Both the position numbers and the translations under genes were made by a program. 36,651 nt of DNA from Bacillota bacterium (GTDB lineage: Bacteria; Bacillota; Clostridia; DSM-8532): positions 1-36,651 of the forward strand of contig JAEZBW010000001.1 in NCBI GenBank assembly GCA_023426765.1, in the 5' to 3' direction. The notes beneath the pieces were generated by a model. The model was not told the DNA's origin. It searched no databases and was given only the letters and a program-made list of their open reading frames with translations. This document shows, in pieces, positions 34,609-36,651 of this stretch. Numbering within the stretch: the stretch's first letter is position 1; each line of letters begins with the position of its first letter.

Positions 34609-35439
34609 ATGGCACAAAAAAATAATACGAAGGAAAAAGCCCCCAAGGCGCAGGGAAGCGATAAGAAGGGTGAATCGGACGGGTTGCTGCACGGATTGCT
34701 GACGGTTTCGTTATCCATACTTATCGTACTTGTGGTATTTGGCGGGGCTTTTTATTATGTTTTAAAGAATAATGTATATGGGCTCGGAGAACAGTTCCGT
34801 CCCAGCCTTGAAAGAATTCCCGTGCTGAAGCTGGCGCTGCCTCCGCTGCCGGCCAGCGCTGACCCGTATGATCCGAAGCATTTGACGCAAAAAGAGCTTC
34901 TGGACAAATACAATCAGCTGCGCAATATGGAGGCAGATTTAACAGCCCGGCTTGAAAGCGCAGAAGCGCAGGTTGCTGCACTGGAAGGCGAAAAGCAGCA
35001 ATGGGCGGATATGAAGGCAGAAGCCGAAGCCATCCGCCTGGAAAATGAAAACACCCGGAAAGGGATAGAACAGCAGCTTTCTGAAATCGAAGCCGACAAA
35101 AAGGAACTGTCCAGAATGATAGCTGCAGGAAACAAGGAAGGCTTCAAACAATATTTTGAAAAGATCGACCCCGAAACCGCGAAGGAAATCTACAGGGAGT
35201 TGACCGAAAAAGAGGTTGTCAGCCAGGATTACAAAAACCTGTCAAAGCCTTATGCCGAAATGGCGCCTGCAAATGCTGCGGCCATCCTGTCTGAACTGGG
35301 TGCAAACGACATGCCGATGCTGATTAACCTGATAGGGGCCATGAAAAACGATGCAGCCGCCGAGATCATTGAAAGCATGGAACCGAAATTTGCAGCAGAA
35401 CTAATGAAAAAACTTGCGGAACAAAAGCTTGGAAATTGA
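34609..35439 (+). CDS. YlxF/MotE-like flagellar operon protein (TM, coiled coil, MgtE-N-like C-terminal domain)
   Basis: TM LLTVSLSILIVLVVFGGAFYYVL, a central coiled coil, and the C-terminal APANAAAILSEL...AAAEIIESMEPKFAAELMKKL repeat typical of MgtE_N/MotE. It holds the position of Bacillus ylxF between fliJ and fliK. Confidence 0.7.
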   Translation: MAQKNNTKEKAPKAQGSDKKGESDGLLHGLLTVSLSILIVLVVFGGAFYYVLKNNVYGLGEQFRPSLERIPVLKLALPPLPASADPYDPKHLTQKELLDKYNQLRNMEADLTARLESAEAQVAALEGEKQQWADMKAEAEAIRLENENTRKGIEQQLSEIEADKKELSRMIAAGNKEGFKQYFEKIDPETAKEIYRELTEKEVVSQDYKNLSKPYAEMAPANAAAILSELGANDMPMLINLIGAMKNDAAAEIIESMEPKFAAELMKKLAEQKLGN

Positions 35440-35522
35440 TGAAACAGATTGGTTGCTGTCCTGATGCATCACGGCATCAGACACTTCACAATAACAACAA
35501 AACTGAAAGGAGGTGAAAATAG

Positions 35523-36651
35523 ATGGTAACAATTAATCAACAGGCGGGGATTCCCCTTCTGAAGGCCGACAGCACACCGGCAGCCGGGAAGGAAAAAACC
35601 GCCGGTACCGAAAGCTTCCTGTCCTTTTTCAGCAAAAGCCTGAATAAACCGCTCTATGCTTTCAGTAATACTGTAAAAGCAGGAGAAAGCATCACAAAAC
35701 CGATGCAGTCCAACAGAAGCGCAGCAATACAGAATGGGGACAGCGCAAAACCGGTGCTCTCGGATGACAAAGCTGTAGTCCGGCCGGATCAGACAAAAGA
35801 AACCCAACCCACAAAGGAAACCCATACAGCCGCTGCGAAAGCCGATGCCGGTGTGAAACCTGAAACTGCAGAGAAACCCGCAGAGAAGAAGACAGAAGAA
35901 AAACAGGAACAGGGCGAAGAAAATAAGAAGTCACCGGAAGCGGTTGAACTGACGCAGAAAAGCGATCAGCTGTTAGCGATCATGGATGAGATCATCCACG
36001 TGCTGCAGCAGGCGGCAACACCATCACAGGTGCCGGATGAAGGAGACGGCGGCGAAATGCCGGGCATCTCTTCCAAACCAACTGCAGCAGCTGTGAACGA
36101 TGAGCTGCAGAAGCTGCTGGCGGGTCTTGTCGAAACGGCAGAACAGCTGGAGGGTACAAAGACCGCCGAACACGCTTTGGCATTTGCGAAGAAATTGCAG
36201 CAGCTTCTTGGAAAGGATTCCTTTGAAGCGCTTGTCCGGGAAGAGCTTGAAATCACTGTCAACAAAGACGTCAGCCTGGAAAGCCTGACCGGGAAAATGC
36301 TAAGCGAAGCCGAAAACGCAAAGATGCATCTGGTCCAGACATCGCTGCAGGAAATTACAATTCCTGCGATGAAGGCCGCAGCTCCGCAAACTCCGTCGGT
36401 TACCAAAGGTATCGAAGTTCCCGAAGAAAATGAAGAAAATGCTGCACAGGCTTCTGTTCATGAGGAAAAGACCATTATCACCGAACAGGCCGGGAATGGA
36501 ACCCCGTCAGAACAGACCGAAGATGGGATGCGCGAAAAGCCGGGCTTCGCGGGGGCTGACAGCAAAGAAACTGAAAGCGCATCAGAACTGAAGCCGCAAA
36601 TCCTCGCAGAAACAGCACCAAACCTGAAGGAACTGCAGCAGGAGACAATCA
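35523..36651 (+). CDS. fliK: Probable flagellar hook-length control protein FliK, N-terminal part (3' end lies outside the window)
   Basis: I read frame 3 as open from the ATG at 35523 (AGGAGGTG at 35508-35515) to the window end with no stop. The protein is E/K/A/T/Q-rich and low in complexity, as FliK N-terminal regions are. The call rests mainly on synteny, since the diagnostic C-terminal domain is not in the window. Confidence 0.55.
   Translation, partial: MVTINQQAGIPLLKADSTPAAGKEKTAGTESFLSFFSKSLNKPLYAFSNTVKAGESITKPMQSNRSAAIQNGDSAKPVLSDDKAVVRPDQTKETQPTKETHTAAAKADAGVKPETAEKPAEKKTEEKQEQGEENKKSPEAVELTQKSDQLLAIMDEIIHVLQQAATPSQVPDEGDGGEMPGISSKPTAAAVNDELQKLLAGLVETAEQLEGTKTAEHALAFAKKLQQLLGKDSFEALVREELEITVNKDVSLESLTGKMLSEAENAKMHLVQTSLQEITIPAMKAAAPQTPSVTKGIEVPEENEENAAQASVHEEKTIITEQAGNGTPSEQTEDGMREKPGFAGADSKETESASELKPQILAETAPNLKELQQETI

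Noticed and set aside
35469-36406. Several minus-strand ORFs (118, 80, 146 and 63 aa) at the right end of the window.
   Set aside because: The + strand frame 3 is open for more than 1.1 kb from a strong RBS and sits in the fliK position. The minus ORFs are Ser/Ala/Cys-rich mirror images of that low-complexity gene.

Overview
This window looks like a conserved core chromosomal region of a spore-forming, flagellated Firmicute (Clostridia-like, roughly 50% GC). Almost everything is on the + strand and tightly packed. In order, it contains: the 3' end of a glutamate-synthase-type oxidoreductase; aroQ, an M24 Xaa-Pro peptidase and efp; the complete spoIIIAA-AH operon; rpsT (-); gpr; a CwlD-like Amidase_3 protein with a Pro/Thr linker; ligA; an orphan 88-aa ORF followed by an HD-GYP protein; two tandem DUF881 genes; pdaA-yqfC-yqfD-phoH-pgpH-ybeY-dgkA; an M50 protease; scpA and scpB; ytfI- and ytfJ-like genes; an alpha/beta SASP (-); a YjfB-like small motility protein (-); and the start of the flagellar operon, flgB-flgC-fliE-fliF-fliG-fliH-fliI-fliJ-ylxF-like-fliK (fliK is cut by the window end). 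I found no tRNA or rRNA genes, CRISPR arrays, transposases, integrases or obvious accessory or defence islands. I do not see convincing evidence of a novel multi-gene system. The features most worth a second look are: (i) a multi-helix RNA element with a U-tract that abuts the pdaA start codon and sequesters its RBS; (ii) an orphan small ORF with a long structured leader upstream of an HD-GYP phosphodiesterase; (iii) the translationally coupled DUF881 pair; and (iv) two unusually long out-of-frame gene overlaps (spoIIIAA/AB and pgpH/ybeY). All functional calls rest on my recognition of motifs in the supplied translations. No database search was run.
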